The notes beneath the pieces are model-generated. The model searched no databases. It saw only the letters and a program-made list of their open reading frames with translations, and was not told the origin of the DNA. DNA of 64,000 nt from an uncultured virus (IMG/VR IMGVR_UViG_3300042276_000826) (Duplodnaviria; Heunggongvirae; Uroviricota; Caudoviricetes). The position numbers and the translations under genes were made by a program. Of the stretch, positions 41,446 to 51,884 are shown piece after piece; within the stretch, counting starts at the first letter, position 1; each line of letters opens with the position of its first letter. The stretch lies in the IMG/VR virus record IMGVR_UViG_3300042276_000826; one strand, written 5' to 3'.

Positions 41446-41808
41446 TGTATTGCGAACACTATTGAACACAAGAGTTATTTAATAAACCATAAAAAATATA
41501 CCGTACTAGACGGTGACAAGTGAATAATGATAAAAGAGTACCGTAAGGGAAAAACATTACAATCAAGTTATCTAGTAGCCAAAGAGGCTCTATTTTTTAC
41601 AAAGCCTCTTGAGGCTACTTCTGTCTAGTGCAGAGTTTTTGTAAAGAATACACCTCTAATGGCGTTCATCCGAATCTCACAAAATAAATTTAACAGAGAT
41701 AGTAAATTAGTTGGTAACAGCTATGATGATGCGTACACCTAACAGTGCAAACTGACGTTTTCTTTTTAATTAAAGAATAAATAGGAAACCCGTTGGAGGC
41801 GGAAAAAA

Positions 41809-42003
41809 ATGGAAAATATTAAAAATGAAAGACTTGAGAGAATCAAGTCGCATTTGAGCAAATTTGTTTGCTCAAAAATCTTAGCTAAGGCTAAGATACA
41901 AAAAATAAAGGGAAGCAAACAAACGCTTCCACACTACTTGATAGAGTGGTGGGATGACGAGGAAGGCTATCAAAGCCTTTCTATCCCCCTTAAGTGGAGA
42001 TAA
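41809..42003 (+). CDS. small hypothetical protein
   Basis: 64 aa, GGAGG RBS, followed by hairpin aagagga/tcctctt plus T-run. Confidence 0.5.
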   Translation: MENIKNERLERIKSHLSKFVCSKILAKAKIQKIKGSKQTLPHYLIEWWDDEEGYQSLSIPLKWR

Positions 42004-42253
42004 GAAGAAGAGGATTAATTTCCTCTTTTATAACTGTTCAAAGCCAATATTTGCTTTATGATACTTATTGGCTTTGCCAATATTCCTATCATTTCCTTAT
42101 ATGGTTTTGAAGAGTTATATACTCTTTTTAGACTTCATGATTAATTTCATGAATTTGTGGGTACTTAAACAGTAATGTTTGCTGTCACACAAAGTCGAAT
42201 TGCAAAATGAGTTATATGGCAATTCATTATATGAAATCATAGAGGAGAGAACT

Positions 42254-42796
42254 ATGTATAGTAAAACGATAATGGTAGGAAATTTAACCAGAGATATAGA
42301 ACTAAGATATTTGCCAAGTGGTGCAGCGATTGCTAAAAGTGCGATTGCAGCTTCTTATAAATATAAGACACAAACAGGTGAACAAAAAGAGGAAGTCTGT
42401 TTTTTAGACTTTAATATCTTTGGACGAAGTGCTGAGGTTGCTAACCAATATTTAAAAAAGGGTTCTAAAGTCTTATTAGAAGGGCGACTTGTGTTAGAGC
42501 AATGGACAGCTCAAGATGGAACAAACAGAAGTAAACACTCACTAAGAGTAGATACTATGAAGATGCTAGATAGCAAATCAGATGCACAACAAAATAGTGG
42601 AAATTCGTATGAGAACCACAATGCGTATGCACAACAAAGTGATGCTTCACCTTCATATAATCAAAACCCTGTTCAACATCAAGCAGCTGCTTCAAGTGCC
42701 TATGCAAACTCCAATGTTGGTGGTGCGAGTAATCAAAGAAAAGAGGATTATTCAATACCTGAAATTGATATTGATGAAGACGAAATACCATTCTAA
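42254..42796 (+). CDS. ssb: single-stranded DNA-binding protein
   Basis: MVGNLTRDIELRY...YLKKGSKVLLEGRL; acidic tail DEDEIPF; start at 42254 with RBS. Confidence 0.97.
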   Translation: MYSKTIMVGNLTRDIELRYLPSGAAIAKSAIAASYKYKTQTGEQKEEVCFLDFNIFGRSAEVANQYLKKGSKVLLEGRLVLEQWTAQDGTNRSKHSLRVDTMKMLDSKSDAQQNSGNSYENHNAYAQQSDASPSYNQNPVQHQAAASSAYANSNVGGASNQRKEDYSIPEIDIDEDEIPF

Positions 42797-42860
42797 CAGC
42801 TATTTGTTAGAAAGTATTTATAAGGTGCAAGTATCTTAACTCTTAGATACTTGCTAACAA

Positions 42861-42925
42861 GGCTATATTTTCTAATGTAGCCAACCCATTAAGGGGATAA
42901 ATTTTATATCCCCTGTGGGATATTA
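42861..42925 (+). repeat. two-hairpin intergenic element, copy 1 (others at 53841, 62086, 62708)
   Basis: hairpin-GCCAACCCA-stem-TGGGATA architecture shared by four copies. Confidence 0.55.
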
Positions 42926-42970
42926 CTGCTTATTTATCCCCTTATAGACATTAACTATAAGGAGAACAAA

Positions 42971-44179
42971 ATGTCAAAAAATCTTACAACAACAACTACT
43001 ACAAGCCAATTTTCTTTAGCACCAACTAATTTCGAGCAATTAACAACCTTTGCCGAAATGGTCGCCAACTCAACGTTAGTTCCAAAGGATTATATTGGAA
43101 AGCCAGGCAACATAATCGTTGCGGTGCAAATGGGTGTTGAAATTGGCTTAAAGCCAATGCAGGCTTTACAAAACATCAGTGTAATTAATGGTCGTCCTTC
43201 ATTATGGGGTGATTCATTATTAGCACTTGTTAAGGCTTCTGGGGTATGCGAATACATCCATGAAGAAATTAGTAAGGATGGGCAAACCGCAATATGTGAA
43301 ACAAAACGTAAAGGTGAGCCTAAATCGGTTGTTCGCAAATTCTCAATGGATGATGCAAGACGAGCAGGTCTAATGGGAAAAGACAATTGGCAAAAGTACC
43401 CTCAAAGGATGGTACAACATCGTGCAAGAGCATGGTGTTTAAGAGATACTTATCCTGATGTCCTAGGGGGGCTGCAAGTTGCCGAAGAGCAAGAAGACAA
43501 AGAGTATCACGATACTCAAAAAGCAGAAAATGCTCCAAAAAGCCTTGAACAACTAGGATTAAAAACCATTGAAAAAGATGGTTACTTGGTTGTTGAAGGC
43601 AACACCTATGGGAAAACAGATTTTCTTAAACAATTAGGATTTTCCTACACCACCGACGGCAACGTCTGGCGTATGGAAATGCCTAAAAAACAAGAGGTAA
43701 TTGAAACCTCCATACAAGAGCAAGGGGATGCTGAAACCAAAAAGGTTGAAGTAGAAGTTCAAAATGAGCCAAAACCTCAACCAACCCCTCCAACAATCAA
43801 TTCATTAAATGAATTGAAAGAACATATCCAATTTTTAGGATATGAGTTGGAAACAAAAAAAGCAAACGAAAAAACGTTTGCGAAACTGTCTTGCTCTATT
43901 GAAGAAGCAAGCGAAGATAAAGAAATTCTCAATGCTATAGGTTTTAGATTTTATAAAACCAAAGGTGTTGTAATGGATATTACTTCGCTTGTTACGAAAA
44001 CTGCATCACACAATGATGTTGAAACAGATACTTCGGATGAGGTTGAAGAGGAAACAGCACAAAACGATGCAACAGTTGCTCATGTACATTATGAAAATGA
44101 AGTACAAGAGCCAAACGTTGAGGGCACACATGCAGCAGCTGCATACTCTTGTACACAAGAGGAGTTGCCATTCGACTAA
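42971..44179 (+). CDS. RecT/Bet-family single-strand annealing protein
   Basis: GKPGNIIVAVQMGVEIGLKPMQALQNISVINGRPSLWGD, WQKYPQRM..HRA...LRD.YPDVLGG; C-terminal ELPF. Confidence 0.88.
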   Translation: MSKNLTTTTTTSQFSLAPTNFEQLTTFAEMVANSTLVPKDYIGKPGNIIVAVQMGVEIGLKPMQALQNISVINGRPSLWGDSLLALVKASGVCEYIHEEISKDGQTAICETKRKGEPKSVVRKFSMDDARRAGLMGKDNWQKYPQRMVQHRARAWCLRDTYPDVLGGLQVAEEQEDKEYHDTQKAENAPKSLEQLGLKTIEKDGYLVVEGNTYGKTDFLKQLGFSYTTDGNVWRMEMPKKQEVIETSIQEQGDAETKKVEVEVQNEPKPQPTPPTINSLNELKEHIQFLGYELETKKANEKTFAKLSCSIEEASEDKEILNAIGFRFYKTKGVVMDITSLVTKTASHNDVETDTSDEVEEETAQNDATVAHVHYENEVQEPNVEGTHAAAAYSCTQEELPFD

Positions 44180-44554
44180 CCCAATAACCCTTTTGGGGTT
44201 ATTTAATTTCTACTAAGGAGATCAACATGAAAGTAGAATTAAAAAAAATATTCACGGACTTTTTACATAAGTATGTGAATGTTCATAGCGAAATTCGTGC
44301 AAATAAACACGGGTTTCAAACAAGTGAAAGCTTGTATTCTCAAACAGGTCGCTACAGTGTATCAAAACACTCAATGACAATTACCCGTTGGTATTATGAC
44401 CGACACGGTAAGGAGTTTGAGGAGTTTAAAATCGAGCAACACATGGGTAAGTTACTCATTACCAAAGGTGATGAAAAGCTTAATAACAAAAAGGTTTTGA
44501 TGGAATTTAAACATCCAACAGAACCGTTAATTTTGACAAAATAAGGAGATCAAC

Positions 44555-45511
44555 ATGTCAAATACAACAACTAACAAAAAAAGCTTCAAGGAGTTCATTG
44601 AAGCGAATTTCATCAAAACGATGGAGCAAAAATCTGTTTCATCTTTAGGTGATAGAAGCAAGTATGTCGGTGCAAGCGACATTGGTGGGTGTCCATTTAA
44701 GACAATAAAGTCAAAATTGACACCAAAAAAATACGATATTAAACAACATATCGTGTTTCAAAGAGGGCATATTGCTGAAAAAATGGTGGAATCCATGTTT
44801 AATGGGCTACCTTATGACAAGCAAGTGTGCCTTGAAGGGGAAATGAATAATTTTCCACTAAAAGCCCACTTGGACTTTTTAATAGAGGGTAAAAACCGAA
44901 AAATAGTCGCAGAAGCGAAAACGGTTGATGCCCCAATTAAAGAGCCAATGGAAGCATGGATTTTACAAGTCCAATTCCAGATGGGTCTTTTGATTAATCA
45001 GTTACAAGATGAAAACATTCAAGTTGAGGGCAAAATAATTGCTGTCAATGTAAATACAGGCTGGTATGAAGCTTGGGATGTTGAGTTTTGCGATGATATT
45101 TTTGAGTTATGCTTAAGTAAAGCCGACCATTTAACAGATTGTCTGCAAAATGGGGTTGAACCAAAAGCCATAATTCAAAACTACTGCGGCACTTGCCCTT
45201 TTGTTATGGAATGTCCAAAACAAGGCTTGCACGCAATTGAATTGCCAGAGGACTTGAAAGAAGCGTTAGCTGAAATCAAAGCCTTTAAAGCAAAAGAAAA
45301 GGAGATTAAGACTCTTGAGACAAAAATCAAAGAGTATTTAGTCAACACAGGAACTGAGACAGCAAAAGTTGAGGGGGAAATAAATGCCGTTGTTAAATGC
45401 AAGGAGTCACAATCTAACAGATTTGACACCAATAAATTTAAAGCGGATCATCCCGAACTTTATAAAGAGTATGTAAAAAGCTCTTCAAGTTTCAGAATGA
45501 CAATTTCTTAA
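44555..45511 (+). CDS. PD-(D/E)XK exonuclease (YqaJ/Cas4-like), recombination partner of RecT
   Basis: YVGASDIGGC, RGH, HLDF...EAKT, QVQFQM, CGTCPF...C. Confidence 0.82.
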   Translation: MSNTTTNKKSFKEFIEANFIKTMEQKSVSSLGDRSKYVGASDIGGCPFKTIKSKLTPKKYDIKQHIVFQRGHIAEKMVESMFNGLPYDKQVCLEGEMNNFPLKAHLDFLIEGKNRKIVAEAKTVDAPIKEPMEAWILQVQFQMGLLINQLQDENIQVEGKIIAVNVNTGWYEAWDVEFCDDIFELCLSKADHLTDCLQNGVEPKAIIQNYCGTCPFVMECPKQGLHAIELPEDLKEALAEIKAFKAKEKEIKTLETKIKEYLVNTGTETAKVEGEINAVVKCKESQSNRFDTNKFKADHPELYKEYVKSSSSFRMTIS

Positions 45512-45995
45512 GGAGTGGACAATGCAATATGTGGCTTCACTTCTAATAATAATTCTAAGCGTGCTAATGCTTTGCATAGGACTTATCAAGGGTTTAATCA
45601 CCGACAATCATTTTCAGTGGTTGATTGATAAGTCAAGACAAAGTATCACATTTAGAAACAACGTGCTCTCTTTCTTATATTTCATAAGAGATATAGGTCC
45701 GAATGTTTCAAGTTTTGCAATTATCGCAATGGTGGTTGCTTCAAAAGAGACTCTTTTACAGCTCTTTATAGTATTTGTCTTAGGATTTATACTCAAAGAA
45801 GCTGCTAGAAGAACTACTGCTGCATTTATGCAAAAAGTAGGAAAGGATGACTCATGGAAGGAGCATTAACCGCAATCGGTATTTTAATATTACTGATTGT
45901 GTTTCTAAAAACACTCAATAAGAGTTTGAAAAAATAGGTGCTTCTTTTTAAAGAGGCTAATTAAATTTAGCTTCTAAAGAAGCAAAGGAGTAAAA

Positions 45996-47420
45996 ATGGA
46001 AAATAAACCATTGTCTCAGTTACTCAAAGATGAGATATATCCATTTATTGATATATCTATTGCTTTGAGTGAATTGAGTCCACGCAAAGGTGCAAAGAAT
46101 TATTCTTGCGAATGTCCTTCGTGTGGTAAAAAAAGAGCCTATGTCTCTTTGAGCAAAAGTGGCGTGCCACAAATTATTTGCAACAGAAGAGACAGTTGTG
46201 GCTATTACAGCAACTTGTGGGGATATATTCAAGATAGGGGGAATTTGTCTAACTATGACACTCTAAAAGAGTTAGCAAGGTTAGCCAATTACGACCTATC
46301 GGAGAACTCTTCAAACGACACATACCACACGCCAACGTGTTACACGCAAGCTAGAGCAACTGAAAAAGTTGTTGAAGTGGACTATGTTGAATTTAAAGAG
46401 GAAAAAGAATATAGCAAAATTGCTATATCTGAATATATCCCTAAATATGCAAAAATGAGTATTGAACAAAAACTAAAAGTGGTTTACACTTTTATTTATC
46501 AATACTCATTAAATACAAACCACGACAAAAAAATTGAATACTATAAAAGTCGTGGTATTGATTTGTCTAATCGCTACTTAAAAGAGATTGGATTTTTGTC
46601 TTCTGGTGATGTCAAAAAATTAAGTGATGAGTTATTGGATTTATTTCCAATTCAAGATTTGCTTGAATTTGGCGTTATGAAAAAGAAGATAAAAAATGAT
46701 ATTGAAATCCTTGATAAGGATGGTAATCCTGTTTATAAATTTAAACAATATTGCTATAAGGGTTTTTGTGTCATACCCAACTTCGATTTGTACTCAAACA
46801 CTGTTACGGGGCTTAAGCTTCGTAACATTGAGTTAGCCGATTGGCAAAGTAAAAATCTAAAAGAGCCTGAGATGAGCAATAGACAAATTTGCTATCCCAT
46901 GCCTTTTGGATTAACAAGAGATGTACTGTTGGATAAAAACAGTTGCATCTTTTTAGTTGAAGGTCACATTGATGGCCTTTCTTTACCTGTAACATCTTCA
47001 AGACTCGGACAAAGCAAAATTGACTACCAAAAAGCCAATACTTATTTTATTGCATCACCTGGTGTTAATGGAATGAGTCAAGAAATTCTTGGGCTTTTAA
47101 AAGGGAAATTTGTTTGCTTGTGTTTCGATCAAGATGAAGCAGGACAAAAAGCTGCACATGGCAGCATAAATATCCAATATGGAGATAATGAAAAAGCATC
47201 GTTTATTAATACAGTTGAAGGACAAAGAGCGGCCAAAGAGCTTATTCAAAGTTTAGTGGACAATCAAATTCCATACAGCATGTATAAAATAAAAGGCATG
47301 GCTGAAAAGCTACGTCTTGCAGGGGCTAGAGTAATCATCAAAAATTGGAACATCAATTTGGGTGGCGATTGTAATGAATTGTTGCAAAACGGCAACCTAA
47401 ATAAAGTGTTTAACTTTTAG
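45996..47420 (+). CDS. DNA primase-like protein (Zn ribbon plus TOPRIM)
   Basis: CPSC...CNRRDSC; LVEGHIDGLS; CFDQDEAG; GDCNELL. Confidence 0.85.
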   Translation: MENKPLSQLLKDEIYPFIDISIALSELSPRKGAKNYSCECPSCGKKRAYVSLSKSGVPQIICNRRDSCGYYSNLWGYIQDRGNLSNYDTLKELARLANYDLSENSSNDTYHTPTCYTQARATEKVVEVDYVEFKEEKEYSKIAISEYIPKYAKMSIEQKLKVVYTFIYQYSLNTNHDKKIEYYKSRGIDLSNRYLKEIGFLSSGDVKKLSDELLDLFPIQDLLEFGVMKKKIKNDIEILDKDGNPVYKFKQYCYKGFCVIPNFDLYSNTVTGLKLRNIELADWQSKNLKEPEMSNRQICYPMPFGLTRDVLLDKNSCIFLVEGHIDGLSLPVTSSRLGQSKIDYQKANTYFIASPGVNGMSQEILGLLKGKFVCLCFDQDEAGQKAAHGSINIQYGDNEKASFINTVEGQRAAKELIQSLVDNQIPYSMYKIKGMAEKLRLAGARVIIKNWNINLGGDCNELLQNGNLNKVFNF

Positions 47421-47480
47421 TTTTCTCCTTTAAAGGAGTTCAACATGAACTCCTTGCGGAGTTAATTATAAGGATTTAAA

Positions 47481-48062
47481 ATGATTAAAAAAATTATAAA
47501 AAGAGTGATTACACAACTCACGTATGCACTCATCAAAAAAGAACTAGAAAGTGCAATTTTAATGGATGGAAAAGGTAACTTTTTCAAACCATTTAACCAA
47601 AATTGCAAAACGATTGATATTGAGGTTATAGCAACCTCTTTGTCAAGAGTTAAAAGATTCTTCGGGCAAACGAAGTATTCAGTTGCTCAACACTCTGTGT
47701 TGTTGGCCCGACACTTCTTAAAAAAAGGTGAAACAGAACTTGCAAGACAAGCACTGCTTCACGAAGTTGGAGAAGCCTATATGGGTGATTTAGTATCGCC
47801 TATAAAAAGAGCTTTTCCGTTGTTTAAAATGATTGAAGAGTCAATCATTAAAAAAGTCTTTGGCTGCTTAGATATTCAATATCCTATTTCTCAAGAAGTA
47901 GATAAAGCAGATAAAAGACTAATGGTTGATGAAGCAATACAACTATTGCCGAATCAAGAACATTGGTTAGCCATGAATGAACCATTGGATATAACAGTCA
48001 TTCCTTGGAGTGAAAAAGAGTCCTATGAAGCTTTTATGGCTTTAGCAAAAAAAATCATTTAG
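47481..48062 (+). CDS. HD phosphohydrolase (YfbR-like 5'-deoxynucleotidase)
   Basis: RFFGQ, YSVAQHS, LLHEVGEAYMGDLVSPIK, ADKRL..DE. Confidence 0.85.
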   Translation: MIKKIIKRVITQLTYALIKKELESAILMDGKGNFFKPFNQNCKTIDIEVIATSLSRVKRFFGQTKYSVAQHSVLLARHFLKKGETELARQALLHEVGEAYMGDLVSPIKRAFPLFKMIEESIIKKVFGCLDIQYPISQEVDKADKRLMVDEAIQLLPNQEHWLAMNEPLDITVIPWSEKESYEAFMALAKKII

Positions 48063-49000
48063 TTTGAAAAAGGAGATCAACATGTCAAATTCAAACAAAT
48101 TTTGGTTAGAGGGGCACGCAAGAGCAGCTTTGCACTTGATTGTAGCCCCTGTGGTGCTATTTACGGTATTAGTTTTTATAGAAAAAACTTACAGTTTAAT
48201 AGTGCCAATTAGTTATTTGGTGATTATTAGCATTTTGCAATACATCCGACTTAAAAAAGCTGAAAGCTTGAAGTTAAAAATCTACAGCAGAAGCTTTTTC
48301 GACCACTTAAAGTTTCAAGCAACCTTATTGTTAGGATTGTTTTTAATTTTATTTGGGATAGGAGTGATGCAATGAGTGCAAATACCCTAAACAACACAAC
48401 CCAGTTGCTTAATGCTTACAATGGGCTAAATGTTGCAATTATTTCCACAAAACATTTTAGAGATGCTTTAGAAGATAGAGTTTTTCCTTTAAATGTAATT
48501 GGAAATGCTGCAATCATTGCTCAAAGCATGAGGGTTGGGGAAATCAAAGAGGTATTTACTTCTACGAAGTTTAAAGCGACTGTAGAGTTAAAAAAAGTAT
48601 CTCATACTGTTGCCATTCTAATCACGGGTTGGAAAGGCGTTAGAAACTCAAAAAAGATTAAGGAGTAACCTATGAAAATCTTTTTAACAATAATTCTTTT
48701 GGTGCAACTATCAATTGCTCAAGAGAATTTTATGACACAAAGCGGTTTGGCTAAAAAAGAGGATTTTGTTCATACAAAATCTGAACCCAAAGATGATGGG
48801 ATTACGGCTAAAGATGTTTTATTAAGTCCTGTGTACGCAATTTTCGGTATTGGCTATGTTGCTAAAAAAACCGTTGAGGTTGCAGTCATGGGAACAATGA
48901 TTGGCGTTGCTAAAACAGCAGAAGCAATCAAAGATGGTGTTTCTTCTTCAAAAGAAGATGAAGCAAACAACAAATAAAAAGCCACTTTAAGGAGATCAAC

Positions 49001-49906
49001 ATGGCAAATACAAAACTATACGAAATGCTTGATGAAATTAATCAAGCATTCATTAAAAAACTAACGGAGTCAAACCCGTTTGAAGCTTTAGGCTCTATCC
49101 CTGTTAATTTTAACACGGGAAAACACTACACAAAGTTCAACCGACTGCACCTATCAATGGTAATGAAATCACAAGGCTATAAAACCTCACATTTCTTAAC
49201 CTTTAAGCAAATATGTGCAAAAGGTGGTTGCGTGATAACGGGTGAAAAATCTCACCCTATTTTCTTCACATCGTGGGTTTATAAGTTTAATTTTCAAGGC
49301 AACAAATTTAATATTACTGCTTTTAGCAGCAATGAAGCTGTTGAATTGGCAAACAAAAAACAAGGCGTTACAAGTATTACAAAGAACAATATTTATGACA
49401 AATATTGCTTCACCAAATACTTTAATGTCTTTAACCTACAACAAAGTGAAGGTATTGAGTATGAAGAGGATAATACAGCATTTGTAAAAGCAAGTGAAGT
49501 AATTGAAGCTTCTAATGTTGCGGTTAGGAGTACATCGGGTTTAACTCGATTTAACTCAAGAGATAACGTTTTAATGTTGTCTGAACAAACCGAAACTGAC
49601 TCGGAGTATTACCCAGAAGTTTTTAAAGCTTTAGGTGATGCACACCTTCACAGTCTTTGTATGAGTGGAGAAAAGGAGCTTGAGTACGCTGAGAGAAAAA
49701 TGGTAACGCACATTGCCGCAGCGTTTTTATCTCAATCTTGTGGGCTTAAAACTCCTGTAATAAAAATAGCCGACCCTTCATTAATTGAAGAGTGGCTAGA
49801 GCAGTTAAATGAGTCGTATTACTTTTTGTGGCGTTGTGCTACAAAAGCTCAACAAATTCACGACTCATTGTTAGAAACAGTTGCTTCAAAACATGAAGCT
49901 GCATAA
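49001..49906 (+). CDS. ardC: ArdC-like ssDNA-binding antirestriction protein
   Basis: PVNFNTGKHY...N.L.L, FLTFKQ...GG.V..GEK, YFNVFNLQQ; the C-terminal HExxH appears degenerate. Confidence 0.8.
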   Translation: MANTKLYEMLDEINQAFIKKLTESNPFEALGSIPVNFNTGKHYTKFNRLHLSMVMKSQGYKTSHFLTFKQICAKGGCVITGEKSHPIFFTSWVYKFNFQGNKFNITAFSSNEAVELANKKQGVTSITKNNIYDKYCFTKYFNVFNLQQSEGIEYEEDNTAFVKASEVIEASNVAVRSTSGLTRFNSRDNVLMLSEQTETDSEYYPEVFKALGDAHLHSLCMSGEKELEYAERKMVTHIAAAFLSQSCGLKTPVIKIADPSLIEEWLEQLNESYYFLWRCATKAQQIHDSLLETVASKHEAA

Positions 49907-49935
49907 AAAAATAAACATATAAGGAGATCAACATT

Positions 49936-51396
49936 ATGTTTACAAAAGCAGGACTATTAGGTTGGTATGATGAAGCCGAAGCACATCCAGATTATATAAC
50001 GGATGACTTTCAAGTCACGCCATACCCTTTTAGGGATATAGATACAAAGGCAACTCGTTTTTCAGTTGCTTATGTAGGTAACATGGTAAGTTTAAAAGAT
50101 GCCTCAAAAAGACACACTGTTGTATTGGCTTTTGATGGTACAAAGTATGCCTTTTGGTGCGGTGATGCGTTCACCGACAAGTCAAAAATGACTAAAAAAG
50201 AGGCACAAGAGTATATTAATGAGGCTCTAAAAGAGGTTCATTCTAGTAAAAAAGATGAGGTAGAGTCTAAATTAAATGAACTCTACTTTATGTATGAAAA
50301 ATCAAGCGGATGTCGATTCTGGGCTTCTTACAAAGCTAGTGGAAAAATATGCCGACACATAAAAAATCTTTTGCAAGTTGCAAAGGATCAAAGTCTAGCT
50401 GATAAGCTAGAATATGAATATTACAAATACACAAAAGGAACAACAACCATGAAAACAACAACTACACAAAAACAACTCCAAAGATATGCTTTCAAAAAGC
50501 ATTGTTTAATAACTGGGCCAAAAGGGTTTGGTAAAACATACGGTGCTTATCAAGTAATTGATGAGCTAAGTATTCCAAAAGAGTCTGTTTTTGAAGTTGG
50601 TGGCTATGAAGGGTTGGAAAGTGTTGACCTATTGGGTCAAAATATTCCTTTTGTAAAGGAAGTAAAAACTTCAAAAATGAGTGCTGTATCATCATTGAAA
50701 GCCAATGCTAACAGTTTTGGACGAACTGAGGAAACTCAACACATTCAAGATTTAGTATGGCTAGATGGTGCATTAAGTGCAGCGTTTAGAAGTGCCTCTA
50801 AGGGTGAACAAACAGTTCTTTTAATTGACGAACTGTATCGAATACCCTCAAGAGAGCTTTCGATTCTAATAAGCTCCTTAACGCCTGATAACAAAGGTTT
50901 CTATACGCTCCGAACTAGACGAATAATTGGTTTAGATAAAGACGGTTGTGGTATTGAAGAGGTTATCAAGTGCAAAAAAGAGCACTTATGGGTAGTTGCA
51001 ACAACAAATGTTGGTGCAGACTACGACATAGAGGATATTGACTCCGCTTTAGAGGATAGATTTATGATTATTCATAAAGCTGCCAATAGAGATGAAGTCA
51101 AAGCAATTGTCAAAAAATTAATCAATGAGAGAAAATACAAAGCCTCATTGGTGTCCATGCTAATGGAATTTTACGACAAAATGGAAGGGTACAAAAACAA
51201 AGGTACTCTTAATAAGTTGATAAATTCAAGACACCTAGCCGAAGCAGTTGAACTTTCACTTGATGAAAAAGACATTGCTGAGGTTCTCAAAGACAATCAC
51301 ATTAAATGGATTGACAGGGATATTAATGGTGAGCTTGATAAAACACAACAAAGTCTTGTGTTTAAAACCGTTGATAGCGTTTTTGCAGGGGTATAA
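49936..51396 (+). CDS. MoxR/CbbQ/CobS-like AAA+ ATPase with N-terminal SWIM-like Zn motif
   Basis: GPKGFGKT, LLIDELYR, ATTN, ALEDRF; C..F..C.H motif upstream. Confidence 0.85.
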   Translation: MFTKAGLLGWYDEAEAHPDYITDDFQVTPYPFRDIDTKATRFSVAYVGNMVSLKDASKRHTVVLAFDGTKYAFWCGDAFTDKSKMTKKEAQEYINEALKEVHSSKKDEVESKLNELYFMYEKSSGCRFWASYKASGKICRHIKNLLQVAKDQSLADKLEYEYYKYTKGTTTMKTTTTQKQLQRYAFKKHCLITGPKGFGKTYGAYQVIDELSIPKESVFEVGGYEGLESVDLLGQNIPFVKEVKTSKMSAVSSLKANANSFGRTEETQHIQDLVWLDGALSAAFRSASKGEQTVLLIDELYRIPSRELSILISSLTPDNKGFYTLRTRRIIGLDKDGCGIEEVIKCKKEHLWVVATTNVGADYDIEDIDSALEDRFMIIHKAANRDEVKAIVKKLINERKYKASLVSMLMEFYDKMEGYKNKGTLNKLINSRHLAEAVELSLDEKDIAEVLKDNHIKWIDRDINGELDKTQQSLVFKTVDSVFAGV

Positions 51397-51884
51397 AGAT
51401 GAATACAAAAGAAAATTTGGAAAAGCATATTGCTTTGTCTATAAAAAGACATAACGGGCACAGGCTTGTTAAATTCCATGACGGTTTGTATCGTATGATA
51501 TATCCTGGTAATAAAATCATAATGATTGGCTCTGTGCATTCAGAAGCTTTGTCGTTTTGGTATCGCTATTGGAAAAATAAAAAATAAAATACACAAAAAC
51601 AAAGGAGATCAACATGTGTAAAAATTTAGATAATTTAAAAATTGAGAAAGTTCTTACTGCAAAAGTAAGTAACTTTTCAGAAGAGTTCATGGAAAGAATA
51701 GATGGTTATGCCGACTACAACTCTGAGCATGGACAAGCACAATGGTTTTATGAATTAGAAACTTTAAAATCAATCTTTAAAGATGATTTTTCAGATGAAC
51801 CATTAACAAGCCAACTCAAATATGAGTTTGAGCGGCTTATGACTCTTATGAGTGATAATGCCACTGAATTACTTTGTGTAAGAG

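Noticed and set aside
41536..41553. GAGTACCGTAAGGGAAA resembles a 23S rRNA segment
   Set aside because: No rRNA similarity on either side; better explained as a generic loop-E/GNRA motif
44555..45511. CRISPR-Cas locus (Cas4-like nuclease; also HD protein 7957-8718 as Cas3-HD)
   Set aside because: No repeat-spacer array or other cas genes seen; RecT and tra contexts explain these genes
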